A program made the position numbers and the translations under genes. The notes beneath the pieces were generated by a model. The model was not told the origin of the DNA, did no database searches, and worked only from the letters and a program-made list of their open reading frames with translations. A stretch of DNA of 64,000 nt. Origin: Candidatus Saccharimonadota bacterium (GTDB taxonomy: Bacteria > Patescibacteriota > Saccharimonadia > Saccharimonadales > JACDBH01). Positions 17,575-28,327 of the stretch are shown in pieces (position 1 is the stretch's first letter; the number at the start of each line of letters is the position of its first letter). The stretch covers positions 34,385 to 98,384 of the forward strand of contig JAQGGW010000008.1 in NCBI GenBank assembly GCA_028289135.1. The letters run 5' to 3'.

Positions 17575-18400
17575 CGTTACCCAAGACATCTATATAGAAG
17601 CTAATAAGCGTCAAAGTGTAAGCGTAAGAGAGCTATGGCTATATCGCGAATTATTTTTCTTTTTTGCTTGGCGCGATATCAAAGTTCGTTATAAACAAAC
17701 CTTTCTAGGTGCGGGCTGGGCTATACTGCAACCATTTTTAGCGACTGGAGTTTTTACATTATTCTTTAACAAAGTAGCAGGCATACAATCAGGAAACCGG
17801 GCAGTACCGTATGCCGTATTCGCATATCTCGGACTCATGTACTGGAACTGTTTTAACTCTTCAATTAACACTGTTGCTAATTCACTTGTTGCTAGCCAGG
17901 GTGTCATTACCAAAATTTATTTCCCACGACTTATACCATGCCTTGCTGCAGCTGCTTTAAGTATCGTAGATTTCTTTTTCGCTGCTAGCATTTTCTTTGT
18001 TTTCCTCATTGTTTACCATATAACACCTCATCTAAGTGGGATAATCTTTTTTCTACCTGCACTTGCTATTCTTGTTGCGTCATCGCTTGGTATCGGCATC
18101 TTTTTCGCTGCGTTAAATGTTAAGTATCGCGATGTACGCTCGGCATTACCATTTATCACCCAAATGCTTCTATTTGTGACACCAGTCATTTATCCAATTA
18201 CTTCCATCCCTGCAAAATATCGGACTTTTGCTTTTCTAAATCCCGCAGCAGGTGCGATCAGCGGAATACGGGCTGCAATGTTCGGTGAACCAATTAGCTG
18301 GATTGGCGTGCTGCTTTCTTGCATTAGTACGGTTATAGCTATTATTATCGGCATTTGGTATTTTAATAAAACAGAAAAGAATTTTGCGGATATTATATGA
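17567..18400 (+). CDS. wzm: ABC-2 polysaccharide exporter permease
   Basis: 'RDIKVRYKQTFLGAGWAILQP', 'KIYFPR', 'TPVIYP', 'EKNFADII'; ATG 17567 overlaps the end of fcl. Confidence 0.92.
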   Translation: MRSVTQDIYIEANKRQSVSVRELWLYRELFFFFAWRDIKVRYKQTFLGAGWAILQPFLATGVFTLFFNKVAGIQSGNRAVPYAVFAYLGLMYWNCFNSSINTVANSLVASQGVITKIYFPRLIPCLAAAALSIVDFFFAASIFFVFLIVYHITPHLSGIIFFLPALAILVASSLGIGIFFAALNVKYRDVRSALPFITQMLLFVTPVIYPITSIPAKYRTFAFLNPAAGAISGIRAAMFGEPISWIGVLLSCISTVIAIIIGIWYFNKTEKNFADII

Positions 18401-19671
18401 GCAAGAGCTATAAAGACAATGAGACAGTCATTAGAGTTGAGAATATTAGTAAAAGTTATCATATCAGCCATCAAAATAAACCTGGTTATGGCACAATAAA
18501 GGATGGTTTTTCAAACTTTCTGCATAAACCCAGATTTGGTATGGGTAAATCTAACCCAGAAAATGATGAGACATTTTGGGCTCTAAAAGATATTAATTTT
18601 GCAGTTAAAAAAGGTGAAGTTTTTGGAATAGTGGGTAAGAATGGCTCAGGCAAATCTACGATGCTTAAAATATTATCACGCATCGTTGACCCAACTACTG
18701 GAAGCATCAGCATGCATGGACGTGTTGCCAGCATGCTCGAAGTTGGCACTGGTTTTCACCCAGAGCTTACTGGACGTGAGAATATATACTTCAATGGATC
18801 AATGATAGGTATGAGCCGGCAGGAAATTAAATCAAAATTTGATGATATTGTTGCCTTCTCTGAAATCGAAAAGTTTCTTGATACGCCAGTTAAATTCTAC
18901 TCATCTGGAATGTATGTGAGACTTGCTTTTTCAGTCGCTGCACACCTTGATCCCGATATTTTGATTATCGATGAAGTACTAGCAGTTGGTGACGCACAGT
19001 TCCAGAAAAAATGCTTGGAACGTATTCTTTCAGGTGCAAAACGTGGCCAGACTATTCTATTCGTGAGCCATAGTATGACCATAGTAAAACAAGTGTGTGA
19101 TCGAGCAATGTACTTAGAAAAGGGTATTGCCAAATATATTGGTGAAACAGAATTTGCAACAGAAAAATATATGGAAAAAAATATTGCGTCTGTTACAGAA
19201 AGTACTTTTGCGGACAATCCAAAAAAAGACGCACAGTTTAAAGAGATAAACATATATGATTCTGATAATAAGGTAGTGGAGGCGCTTGACATCGGAGAAC
19301 CTTGGAAAATAGCCCTACAATATACCGTTAAGGAAAAATCAATCGATACTATAGTTGCCGTTGAAGTTTTAAGTAACGAAGGCCAACCAATATTTATGAG
19401 TACAGATACTGATTTTGATAAAAAAATGGGCGATTTAGAAGCTGGTAAATATTCTGCGTCTATAAATATTAACGATTTGCATCTTCTTCCTGGTGTTTAT
19501 TACTTGCGATGTTCTATACAATCCCCAGGAAAAGTAGCACATGATGTGCGTGAAAATATCCCACTCAGAATACGTCAAGCCAAAAATGATGTCCGTTCAC
19601 AATATTTCGGGGGCAAATATATGGGATATATTGCAGACAAGGTTAAATGGCAAATCGACAGGAGCGACTAG
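18397..19671 (+). CDS. wzt: ABC polysaccharide exporter ATPase with C-terminal Wzt_C domain
   Basis: Walker A GKNGSGKST, 'YSSGMYVRLAFSVA', 'DEVLAVGD', ~160-aa C-terminal extension. Confidence 0.93.
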   Translation: MSKSYKDNETVIRVENISKSYHISHQNKPGYGTIKDGFSNFLHKPRFGMGKSNPENDETFWALKDINFAVKKGEVFGIVGKNGSGKSTMLKILSRIVDPTTGSISMHGRVASMLEVGTGFHPELTGRENIYFNGSMIGMSRQEIKSKFDDIVAFSEIEKFLDTPVKFYSSGMYVRLAFSVAAHLDPDILIIDEVLAVGDAQFQKKCLERILSGAKRGQTILFVSHSMTIVKQVCDRAMYLEKGIAKYIGETEFATEKYMEKNIASVTESTFADNPKKDAQFKEINIYDSDNKVVEALDIGEPWKIALQYTVKEKSIDTIVAVEVLSNEGQPIFMSTDTDFDKKMGDLEAGKYSASININDLHLLPGVYYLRCSIQSPGKVAHDVRENIPLRIRQAKNDVRSQYFGGKYMGYIADKVKWQIDRSD

Positions 19672-20667
19672 GTGAATGGATCTAAAAAGTTCGTAGTTAT
19701 TACATCGATTTTCGCTCCAACGGAATCAGTTATTAAATTTGCAGCCATAGAGGGTTGGCAACTCATTGTAGTAGGTGACAAGAAAACACCCGCCAATTGG
19801 CATCAAGATGGGGTGATTTATTTAGGACCAGAAGATCAAGTAAACCTTGGTTATAAAATTATTGATTTACTACCCTGGAACCACTACTGCAGGAAAATGG
19901 TCGGATATTTATATGCTATGGAGCATGGAGCTGAGTTAATAGCAGACACAGATGATGACAATATTCCTTATGAAAATTGGCCATTTATTCCAGATGAATC
20001 AACTAAGCATAAGACTATTTCGAATGCTAAATTCGTAAATATCTATAAATATTTTACAGATCAGTTTATTTGGCCACGCGGATATCCACTCAATCGTATT
20101 TTAGAAAAAGAATCACCTGTTGAAACTGTTGAAAATATAAATGTAGGCGTATGGCAGTTCTTGGCAGACGAAGATCCAGATGTAGATGCTATATATCGCC
20201 TAACAAGTAATAAACTTGTCACCTTTGATAAATCCGAACCTATAGCGTTGAATAAAGGCACGGTTTCACCATTTAATTCTCAGAATACAATATTCAACAA
20301 AGAGCTCTTCGTACTACTTTACTTACCTTCTTTTGTCACCTTCCGCTTTACTGATATATTACGCGGCTTGATTGCACAGCCAATTATGTGGGAGCAGGAA
20401 CTTCACTTAGGAATTGGTGCTGCAACGGTAATCCAAAAACGCAATCCCCATGATTATCTCAGAGATTTTGAATCAGAAATACCAGTATATATTCATTCCG
20501 AGAGAGTAATTGATCTTATCACTGCTGTCGCTAAAAATAGTGGTGCTAAGCCTGCCGAATTACTTGTAAGTGCTTACACGAAACTCTGCGAAGAAAAGAT
20601 CGTCACTAATGACGAAGTTGAGCTCATTCATGCTTGGGCAAAAGATGTAAGCAGGATTATTGGCTGA
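19672..20667 (+). CDS. STELLO/DUF288-like glycosyltransferase
   Basis: 'VVITSI', 'VVGDKKTP', 'PWNHYCRK..GYLYA', 'DTDDDN', 'WPRGYPL', 'DPDVDAIYRL', 'PFNSQNT', 'FRFTDILRG'. Confidence 0.8.
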   Translation: MNGSKKFVVITSIFAPTESVIKFAAIEGWQLIVVGDKKTPANWHQDGVIYLGPEDQVNLGYKIIDLLPWNHYCRKMVGYLYAMEHGAELIADTDDDNIPYENWPFIPDESTKHKTISNAKFVNIYKYFTDQFIWPRGYPLNRILEKESPVETVENINVGVWQFLADEDPDVDAIYRLTSNKLVTFDKSEPIALNKGTVSPFNSQNTIFNKELFVLLYLPSFVTFRFTDILRGLIAQPIMWEQELHLGIGAATVIQKRNPHDYLRDFESEIPVYIHSERVIDLITAVAKNSGAKPAELLVSAYTKLCEEKIVTNDEVELIHAWAKDVSRIIG

Positions 20668-21836
20668 TGAAAATCGGCATGCTTGTAAACAACCTGGAAG
20701 TAAGCGGGGGATATCAAAAGCTTGTCATCCGATTAGCACAGCAGTTAATGCGGCTTAAGCATGAGGTCATCGTCTATTCACCGGTAGTTGATAAAAATCA
20801 GTGTTATCCAGATAGTATAGGTGATCTCAATATCGTAACTATAGAGAATGGCTCAAATAAGCCACTCTCTGAAAGATTCCGTGAGCTCGCCCAGAAAGTC
20901 GCACCCGATACACAGGCTATAATAATTCATGATGAGCTTAGCCTAATCGCAATAGCATGCCTCCCGAAGACGCAGATTAAATCTATCGTATGGATGCTCA
21001 ATAACCAATTCCCCGAAGGTCTTGGCAAGTATAAGGCAGAGCTTACTTCGATTGCCAAAACCAAGTATGTATCAAATAAAGATAAACGCACAGATCTGAT
21101 TAATAATGCGAACCGGATTCATTTGATGAAAAAGGGCCTGCGTAAGATTACTAGCTTTGCAGTATACGACTCATTCAATGGGTCGCTTGTTGAGAAACAC
21201 CTTGGTAAAAAAGCAGATTTCGTAGCTGCAGGCGCCGATCTAGACCAGTTCATACCTCTATCTAAAGCTAGAAAATACATAGAGAAGTCTGAATATACTA
21301 TCCTATCAGTTGGAGTATTGTTTCCGCATCGCAGATATGAAGACCTCATCCTCGCTACCAAGCTTTTGGTAGATGAAAACAAGCCGATGAAAACAATAAT
21401 CGTAGGACGGCAAGACCTATCGCCTGAATATTTTACATTGCTTAAAAATCTAACAAAAGAACTTGGCGTACAAAAGCATGTAACTTTTATGAATTACGTT
21501 ACTGATAAAGAAATGACTGAACTTTATAAGAAAAGTGATGCTTTTATATTTATTAATGACGGTTTTACCTGGGGTATTTCCGTATTTGAAGCAGTTGCCG
21601 CAGGGCTACCATGTGTCATTACTGACAATATCGGTGCCGCAGATTTAATAACTAACCGTAAGACGGGATGGATCGTAAAACCGCAGAGCCCAAGAGAAGT
21701 TGCTGATGCTATCAATGATATAGTCACAGACCGTAAACACACTGACTCGGTCGCTAAAGAAGCAAATAAAACATTGGCAGAATTCGTTTCATGGAGCGCT
21801 TATACGCAAAGGATGCTAAAGTTAATTAAAGCTTAA
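20667..21836 (+). CDS. GT4 glycosyltransferase
   Basis: 'GGYQK', 'WGISVFEAVAAGLPCV'; ATG 20667 overlaps the upstream TGA. Confidence 0.85.
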   Translation: MKIGMLVNNLEVSGGYQKLVIRLAQQLMRLKHEVIVYSPVVDKNQCYPDSIGDLNIVTIENGSNKPLSERFRELAQKVAPDTQAIIIHDELSLIAIACLPKTQIKSIVWMLNNQFPEGLGKYKAELTSIAKTKYVSNKDKRTDLINNANRIHLMKKGLRKITSFAVYDSFNGSLVEKHLGKKADFVAAGADLDQFIPLSKARKYIEKSEYTILSVGVLFPHRRYEDLILATKLLVDENKPMKTIIVGRQDLSPEYFTLLKNLTKELGVQKHVTFMNYVTDKEMTELYKKSDAFIFINDGFTWGISVFEAVAAGLPCVITDNIGAADLITNRKTGWIVKPQSPREVADAINDIVTDRKHTDSVAKEANKTLAEFVSWSAYTQRMLKLIKA

Positions 21837-21845
21837 GGAAAAAAC

Positions 21846-22691
21846 ATGAGCACTATCTTCAAGTGGGACAAGAATAATATGGACACACTCCTCGCAACCT
21901 GCGAGACAGATGGCATATTACCTTACATAGAGAAATACATGCCTGCACCATCACGGGTCTTGGAATCTGGTTGTGGGGCAGGACGTTATGTAAAATACCT
22001 TTACGATCGCGGATGGGATGTTATAGGTCTTGAATGGGATCAGGATGCTGTAGATATGATTAAGGACTATTGGCCTGAAGTAAATGCCGTCCAGGGCGAC
22101 AGTGCCAATTCACCGTTCCCTGACAATCATTTTGATGGCATCATTTCCTTGGGCGTCATCGAGCACTGGATTGAGGGGCCTGAAGCTCCGCTCAAAGACA
22201 TTTACCGGACCTTGAAGCCTGGGGCGGCAGCTATAATTACAGCCCCTTGCTTAAATACTATACGTAAGATCAAAAAAACAGTATGGTGGAATGAAAAAGT
22301 AACCGAGAAGGCAGCAACTAAGAACTGGAGAGAGAATGCTGGCCCGCAACCAAATCGTCTAGATAGCAAATTCAAATACTGGCCATACCCGACATATGGT
22401 GAGTTCTTTGAATATCGTTTTACAAAAAAAGAGTTTATTGATGAGATTAAAAAACAAGGGTTTGAAATCGTCGAGCATAATCCTGTAGCAATCATAGACG
22501 GCGTATATCATGAGTTGAACCCGAAACATAAACTGGTAAAATACGAAGATAGGCAATTCATACCGACAACGATGGGTAAACTAGTGAATAAAACGTTTTC
22601 TGCCGTACCATTTTTTCACCCGCATCATCAAATCGCAATCGTACGTAAACCTCTGAAAAAAACCAAGAAGCATGCTACGACAAAGAAATAA
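21846..22691 (+). CDS. Class I SAM-dependent methyltransferase
   Basis: 'VLESGCGAG', 'PFPDNHFD', 'GVIEH', 'RTLKPGG/A'. Confidence 0.88.
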   Translation: MSTIFKWDKNNMDTLLATCETDGILPYIEKYMPAPSRVLESGCGAGRYVKYLYDRGWDVIGLEWDQDAVDMIKDYWPEVNAVQGDSANSPFPDNHFDGIISLGVIEHWIEGPEAPLKDIYRTLKPGAAAIITAPCLNTIRKIKKTVWWNEKVTEKAATKNWRENAGPQPNRLDSKFKYWPYPTYGEFFEYRFTKKEFIDEIKKQGFEIVEHNPVAIIDGVYHELNPKHKLVKYEDRQFIPTTMGKLVNKTFSAVPFFHPHHQIAIVRKPLKKTKKHATTKK

Positions 22692-23814
22692 AGCGATAAT
22701 TCACACGGATACTGGGCTGTCGTACGTTGAATCATTTAGTAGATTCTTACCATCGCTAAAACGAAGGAAGAAAGCCCTACTCTCATATTTGACGGGTCCA
22801 GTGATTGCCGAGCTGCAAAATGAAGAGCTTGTACGATTCAGTAATCATGGCCTAGCCGTATCGTGGGCACGTGTTTTGAATGAACTTGGATATATTGTAG
22901 ATATAATAGATTGGGATAATACCGAATTCGTTCCTAAAAAAAAGTACGATCTTATAGTTTTTCATGGCGGCAAAAATTTTGAACAAATCATGCATAATGT
23001 TAAAAACCAGCCACGAATTATTCATTGGCTTACTGGAAGTTATTGGAAGTTTAATAATAGCGAAGAAGATAAACGTTTGGCAGATTTCAAGAAACGCCAT
23101 GGTACTACTATTGCCCGCGACCGCTATATCATTGATTCTGAGGAATTAGTTAATGAAACTTCAGACATGATTATTGTGCTTGGCGACCCTTCAATGCGTA
23201 GTGTATATCCTTCTAAGTACAAAAAAGTATTTACCGTGAACAACGCGAGCTACCCAGATAATCATTATGATACGCATCCAAAGGATTACGTATCAGCCAA
23301 AGAAAATTTTCTTTTTTTTGCAGGTAGCGGTAGCATACACAAAGGTCTTGACCTCCTGATTGACAGCTTTAAAGACCTAACTCAACATCTATATATAGTT
23401 GCTAATACCGACAGAGCTGTGATGAATGTCTTCAAAAAAGAATTACAGCTTCCCAATATCCATCTTATCGGTGAAGTGGGTATGCGTACTAAGGAATTTT
23501 ATGATGTCATGGGTACTTGTGCATATGTTATTTTACCTTCATGTAGTGAAGGTCAAGCTGGGTCAGTAGTAGAAGCTATGAACCAAGGGCTAATTCCTAT
23601 AGTATCTAAGGAGACTAGGCTTGATGCTACAGGTTACGGCTATGTTCTCAAAAATAACACCATCGCAGAGATAACAAGTGCTGTAAAGCATTTTTCCTCG
23701 CTCACGCCCGCTAAAGTACACTCCATGTCCCGCGAAGTCCGCTTAGTCACACAGGCATATCATTCACCAGAATTCTTCCGCAAACAATTGAAAGCAATAT
23801 TGAAGAAACTATAA
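22672..23814 (+). CDS. GT4-like glycosyltransferase
   Basis: 'HKGLDLL', 'PSCSEGQAGSVVEAMNQGLIPIV'. Confidence 0.8.
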   Translation: MLRQRNKAIIHTDTGLSYVESFSRFLPSLKRRKKALLSYLTGPVIAELQNEELVRFSNHGLAVSWARVLNELGYIVDIIDWDNTEFVPKKKYDLIVFHGGKNFEQIMHNVKNQPRIIHWLTGSYWKFNNSEEDKRLADFKKRHGTTIARDRYIIDSEELVNETSDMIIVLGDPSMRSVYPSKYKKVFTVNNASYPDNHYDTHPKDYVSAKENFLFFAGSGSIHKGLDLLIDSFKDLTQHLYIVANTDRAVMNVFKKELQLPNIHLIGEVGMRTKEFYDVMGTCAYVILPSCSEGQAGSVVEAMNQGLIPIVSKETRLDATGYGYVLKNNTIAEITSAVKHFSSLTPAKVHSMSREVRLVTQAYHSPEFFRKQLKAILKKL

Positions 23815-23932
23815 ACATCAAGGTAATCAAGGCAAAAACCTTGAGAATATTCAAAAATGGCTTTTGCTTTTTATTTATTAGTTAGTGCAAATCATATCCG
23901 TACTTTAGTTTATAGTATAAAATAAGGAGTAC

Positions 23933-24739
23933 ATGAGCAAACCTATTGTTTCAGTTGTTATCGGGAGCTATAACAGACTGCCATTCCTACAAGCTGTCAT
24001 CGAAACTGTCCGTGCCGATCTTAAAAAAACGCCCCACGAACTCATTATTATTGACGGAGGCTCAACAGACGGATCTATCGAATGGCTCACATCACAAAAA
24101 GATATTATTACCATTCTGCAGCACAACCGTGGTGAGTGGAAGGGCAAAACAATTGAACGTCGTAGCTGGGGGTACTTTATGAACATGGGCTTCCGCGCTG
24201 CCAGCGCGCCCTATATCTGCATGTTAAGCGATGACTGCCTCGTCGTTCCCGGTGCGATAACAAAAGGTATTAATCATATAATGAAGTTGCAAAAAAAGGG
24301 GAACAAGATAGGCGCGGCGGCATTCTACTGGCGGAACTGGCCAGAACAAAAAGATTACTGGGTTGGACTAGCCTGGGGCAATCGAATGTTCGTCAATCAT
24401 GGCATATACGCCCGTGAGGCACTTGAAGCTATCAACTATATAGATGCTGACAACTTTACGTTCTATCACGCCGACGGAGATATTTGTCTACGCATGGCGG
24501 ATGCCGGTTTTATGTGTGTTGATTCGCCTAATTCATATATAGAACATTACTCTGATGCCAACCTCGAAGTCAGAGCCACAAACCAAGAAAAACAAAAACT
24601 AGATTGGAATACATATGAAAAACGGTGGAAGCATTTAAAGATGCCCGAGAATGACTGGCTTATGAAAAAATTTAAAGACAAGCATAAGACTGCGTCAAAA
24701 TACTGGAACAAATTAACCCCCGAAAGGAACATCAAATGA
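23933..24739 (+). CDS. GT2 glycosyltransferase
   Basis: 'VSVVIGSYNR', 'IDGGSTDGS', 'LSDD'. Confidence 0.85.
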   Translation: MSKPIVSVVIGSYNRLPFLQAVIETVRADLKKTPHELIIIDGGSTDGSIEWLTSQKDIITILQHNRGEWKGKTIERRSWGYFMNMGFRAASAPYICMLSDDCLVVPGAITKGINHIMKLQKKGNKIGAAAFYWRNWPEQKDYWVGLAWGNRMFVNHGIYAREALEAINYIDADNFTFYHADGDICLRMADAGFMCVDSPNSYIEHYSDANLEVRATNQEKQKLDWNTYEKRWKHLKMPENDWLMKKFKDKHKTASKYWNKLTPERNIK

Positions 24740-25392
24740 AACTACACCTAGGCTGCGGACAGGTTTACCTAGAGGGATACGTAAACATTGACTACCCACT
24801 CGACAAGCATACGGTACAAGAAAAAACTGTGGCAGATGAATTCCATGATCTCACTAAATTACGTTATAAAGCCAAAACAATAGACGAGGTACGACTGCAC
24901 CATGTTTACGAACATTTTCCGCGTCATATCGCATTGGCACTGCTCGCGTCATGGCAAGGCTGGCTCAAAAAGGGCGGTAAGATTCATATTGAAGTGCCGG
25001 ACTTTGATGAAAGCGCGAAGCTCGTCATCGACCCGTCATTGCCCGAACGCGACCGTAAAGTAGCGCTCCGTCACATCTTTGGCTCAAATGAAGCTCCATG
25101 GGCTACGCACTATGAAGGCTGGTCTGCAGAACGATTGCGTGAAGCTATGAAGTTATTTGGTTTTAAGAATATTAAAATCGAACAGACAGCTTACTTAGCA
25201 ACCAGGAATGTTATCGTCACCGCTAACAAAGCTGGTTTGACTGAAATTAGTACTCAGAAAGCCCGTGAACTCACCAAGAAATACCTTCGCAACTTTACAC
25301 TCAATGAAAGCAAATTTGAAACCTCGCTACTCGAAATATGGCTCGATGAATACGACGCACAGTATAAGCTGACTGCATCAAAAAATAAATGA
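24736..25392 (+). CDS. SAM-dependent methyltransferase-like protein
   Basis: 'KLHLGCG...GYVNID', 'HVYEH', 'LKKGGKIHIEVPD'. Confidence 0.8.
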   Translation: MKLHLGCGQVYLEGYVNIDYPLDKHTVQEKTVADEFHDLTKLRYKAKTIDEVRLHHVYEHFPRHIALALLASWQGWLKKGGKIHIEVPDFDESAKLVIDPSLPERDRKVALRHIFGSNEAPWATHYEGWSAERLREAMKLFGFKNIKIEQTAYLATRNVIVTANKAGLTEISTQKARELTKKYLRNFTLNESKFETSLLEIWLDEYDAQYKLTASKNK

Positions 25393-27146
25393 GATACATT
25401 AGCGTTATCATACCAACCTTCAATAGGGCGGCCTACATAAAAGAAGCGATAGATAGCGTGCTAGAGCAAAATGTTCCGAAAGACTGGGGACTGGAAGTTA
25501 TCGTTACTGATGACGGCTCCACCGACGACACCGCTTATGTTTTAGAGCCCTATTATGACAAGATTACATTTCTCAAACTACCACATTCAGGCAAACCATC
25601 AGTTCCTCGCAATGCGGCAATACGTGCCGCAAAAGGGGAGTTAATTGCTTTCCAGGATTCAGACGATTTATGGGCACAAGACAAACTCGTGAAGCAACTA
25701 CCATTTTTTGATGATGCAACCGTAATGATGTCATTTGGTAATGCGGAGATCATGAACATGGCAGGTGATAAATCGGGCAAAAAAATTGCCGATAGTAAAA
25801 GTCTAGACGCAGCCGAAGATTTTCGTAAACTACTAAAACAAAATACCATTTCCACACTTACCGTCATGGTGCGGGCTTCCGCCTTTAGAAAAACTGGCCT
25901 ATTTGATGAAGCGGACAGCTTACGCGCAGTCGAAGATTACGAACTATGGCTACGAATCGCAGCCAGTTTTCCTCGCGGTCTTCGTAATATTGATTCTGTC
26001 TTGGCCTACTACCGTGTTCACGATCAGAACATAAGTACAAGCGACGACTTGATTTCAATTGAGCGGCTCTGTAACGTCTATGAAACCCTGCTTGATTTCA
26101 ATGGCCTCACAGTAGCCCAGAGATCAAAAGTCGACATTCAGCTTGCAAGCATGCAAGAAAATTGGTCACGTCTTAAGAATGAGCTTGATCCGGCCAGCCA
26201 GCCAAAAGTGTCGGTTGTTATGGGTGTTTATAACGGCGATAAATATTTGCATGCCGCAATCGACAGCATATTGGGTCAAACATTCAGCGACTTTGAATTT
26301 ATTATTATCAATGACGGTTCAACTGATTCCGCACCTAGCATTATGAAAAGTTATAAGGACAAACGCATAAGAGTTATTAACCAGAGCAACCACGGCCTTG
26401 TCTACACGCTTAACAAAGGCGTCCGACTTGCAAGAGGACAGTACATAGCTCGTCAAGATGCCGACGACATTTCCCTACCCTCACGACTCAAAAAAGAAGT
26501 CGCGTTACTTGATAACGATCAAAGCCTCGGCCTTGTCGGTACTTTCTTTACGTATATAGATGATCTAACTGAAAAGAAAGATTTGACTATTTGTATGCCT
26601 ACTAAAAGTCTTGATATCAAAAGAGCGCTCTATGTAACTAATCCGATCGGTCATGGCACATCAATGTATCGTCGGAGCGTTTTTACGACAACTGGCTACT
26701 ACACTTCCGACTACGGGCCTACTGAGGATTTAGAATTGTGGCGCCGCATTGCCGATAGTTGGGAGATCGCAATCATACCCGAGTCATTGTATCTTTACCG
26801 CATAAATAAGCAGAGTATATCTCATACGAAAGGTGAAGTTCAGCACGCTAATACCGCTAGGATCATTAACGAGCAGTGGTCAAAACCTTTTTATAGTAAA
26901 TCTGCAGGTGCGATTATTGCAGATGGCAAGTATTATAAGAGTATGGATTCAGAATTTGCATCACTTACCTTTGACCAATACGCAGCCCACCAGATAGATA
27001 TTGGTAAAGCACTCCTGAATACAGGCGCCATAAAGCCAGGAGTCCTCACCGCATATGCGGCTATACGGCTAAAACCAAAATCTTACAAGCTATTTATTAA
27101 GCCTATATTTAACTGTGTATTAGATTTATTAGGAGTTAGAAATTGA
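25389..27146 (+). CDS. Bi-domain GT2-GT2 glycosyltransferase
   Basis: Two GT-A domains: 'SVIIPTFNR..DDGSTD..QDSDD..EDY' and 'SVVMGVYN..NDGSTD..QDADD..ED'. Confidence 0.9.
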   Translation: MRYISVIIPTFNRAAYIKEAIDSVLEQNVPKDWGLEVIVTDDGSTDDTAYVLEPYYDKITFLKLPHSGKPSVPRNAAIRAAKGELIAFQDSDDLWAQDKLVKQLPFFDDATVMMSFGNAEIMNMAGDKSGKKIADSKSLDAAEDFRKLLKQNTISTLTVMVRASAFRKTGLFDEADSLRAVEDYELWLRIAASFPRGLRNIDSVLAYYRVHDQNISTSDDLISIERLCNVYETLLDFNGLTVAQRSKVDIQLASMQENWSRLKNELDPASQPKVSVVMGVYNGDKYLHAAIDSILGQTFSDFEFIIINDGSTDSAPSIMKSYKDKRIRVINQSNHGLVYTLNKGVRLARGQYIARQDADDISLPSRLKKEVALLDNDQSLGLVGTFFTYIDDLTEKKDLTICMPTKSLDIKRALYVTNPIGHGTSMYRRSVFTTTGYYTSDYGPTEDLELWRRIADSWEIAIIPESLYLYRINKQSISHTKGEVQHANTARIINEQWSKPFYSKSAGAIIADGKYYKSMDSEFASLTFDQYAAHQIDIGKALLNTGAIKPGVLTAYAAIRLKPKSYKLFIKPIFNCVLDLLGVRN

Positions 27147-28327
27147 AAATACTACACACGGTTGAATTTTATTACCCATCAATAGGTGGTGCACAGGAAG
27201 TCGTAAGGCATTTAAGCGAACGTATGGTACGGCTTGGGCATGACGTTACAGTAGTGACTACCGCAATACCAAATCGTACAAACCGTATCCATAATGGCGT
27301 TAAGATTGTAGATTTTGAGATAAGTGGCAATACAGTTAATGGTATCAAGGGTGAAAAAAAGAAATATCATGACTTCCTTAGAAAAGAGAAGTTCGATGTA
27401 GTCATGAACTATGCGGCTCAGCAGTGGACAGCAGATGCGTTTTTTGAAGTTATAGACGACATCAAAGCAAAAAAGATTTTTGTGCCTTGTGGCTATTCGG
27501 CCTTATACGACCCAGCATATATTAACTACTTCAAAAAACTTCCAGCCATACTTAAGAAATACGACGCTACCGTCTATCTTTCGAGTAATTACCGTGATAT
27601 CAACTTTGCTCGTGATAATAAACTGAGGAACATAACCATAATTCCAAACGGAGCTAACGAAGAGGAGTTCACCGATCCATTATCACCCGAACGCATACGT
27701 TACTTGCGGACTAAATACGGTATAGGTGGCCTTACAATAATGACCATCGGGTTGTACGGCGAAAAGGGCCACATGGATGTTCTACGCGTATTTAGAAAGT
27801 TGCCAGTTTCCAAAGCTACATTTATTTCTGCAGGGAGTATACGCCCTCAGGATGGACATTATACTGATTTTGAGGCCGCCGCCGAGCGCCTTAACCTCAG
27901 TAGAAAAATGATAGGTAAACGAGTTGTGATGGTAGATGGCGGAAACCGAGAGGATGTACGCGATTTGCTTAAGATGTCAGACATATACGTATTTCTATCT
28001 AACATAGAATGCAGCCCGCTAGTTTTGTTTGAAGCTGCAGCTGCAGGCGTACCGTTTATTGCCACACCAGCTGGCAACAGTGCAGAAATCGCAAAATGGA
28101 CCGGTTCTGGGATAATTGTAAAAAGTCATCCTGCCGAAAACAGCCGTGTACGTGCCGACCTTAAGGACACCTTATGGCAACTAACTAAACTAGCCCACAG
28201 CCCAAAAAAACGAAAAATACTCGGGGAAAAAGGCCATGATGCTTGGAAGATGAAATATACCTGGGATAGGCTTACTGAGGAATATCTGACTCTCTACGAA
28301 GATGTACTTAAAGGCATAAGTCGATGA
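27143..28327 (+). CDS. GT4 glycosyltransferase
   Basis: 'YYPSIGGAQ', 'IPNG', 'ECSPLVLFEAAAAGVP'. Confidence 0.87.
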   Translation: MKILHTVEFYYPSIGGAQEVVRHLSERMVRLGHDVTVVTTAIPNRTNRIHNGVKIVDFEISGNTVNGIKGEKKKYHDFLRKEKFDVVMNYAAQQWTADAFFEVIDDIKAKKIFVPCGYSALYDPAYINYFKKLPAILKKYDATVYLSSNYRDINFARDNKLRNITIIPNGANEEEFTDPLSPERIRYLRTKYGIGGLTIMTIGLYGEKGHMDVLRVFRKLPVSKATFISAGSIRPQDGHYTDFEAAAERLNLSRKMIGKRVVMVDGGNREDVRDLLKMSDIYVFLSNIECSPLVLFEAAAAGVPFIATPAGNSAEIAKWTGSGIIVKSHPAENSRVRADLKDTLWQLTKLAHSPKKRKILGEKGHDAWKMKYTWDRLTEEYLTLYEDVLKGISR

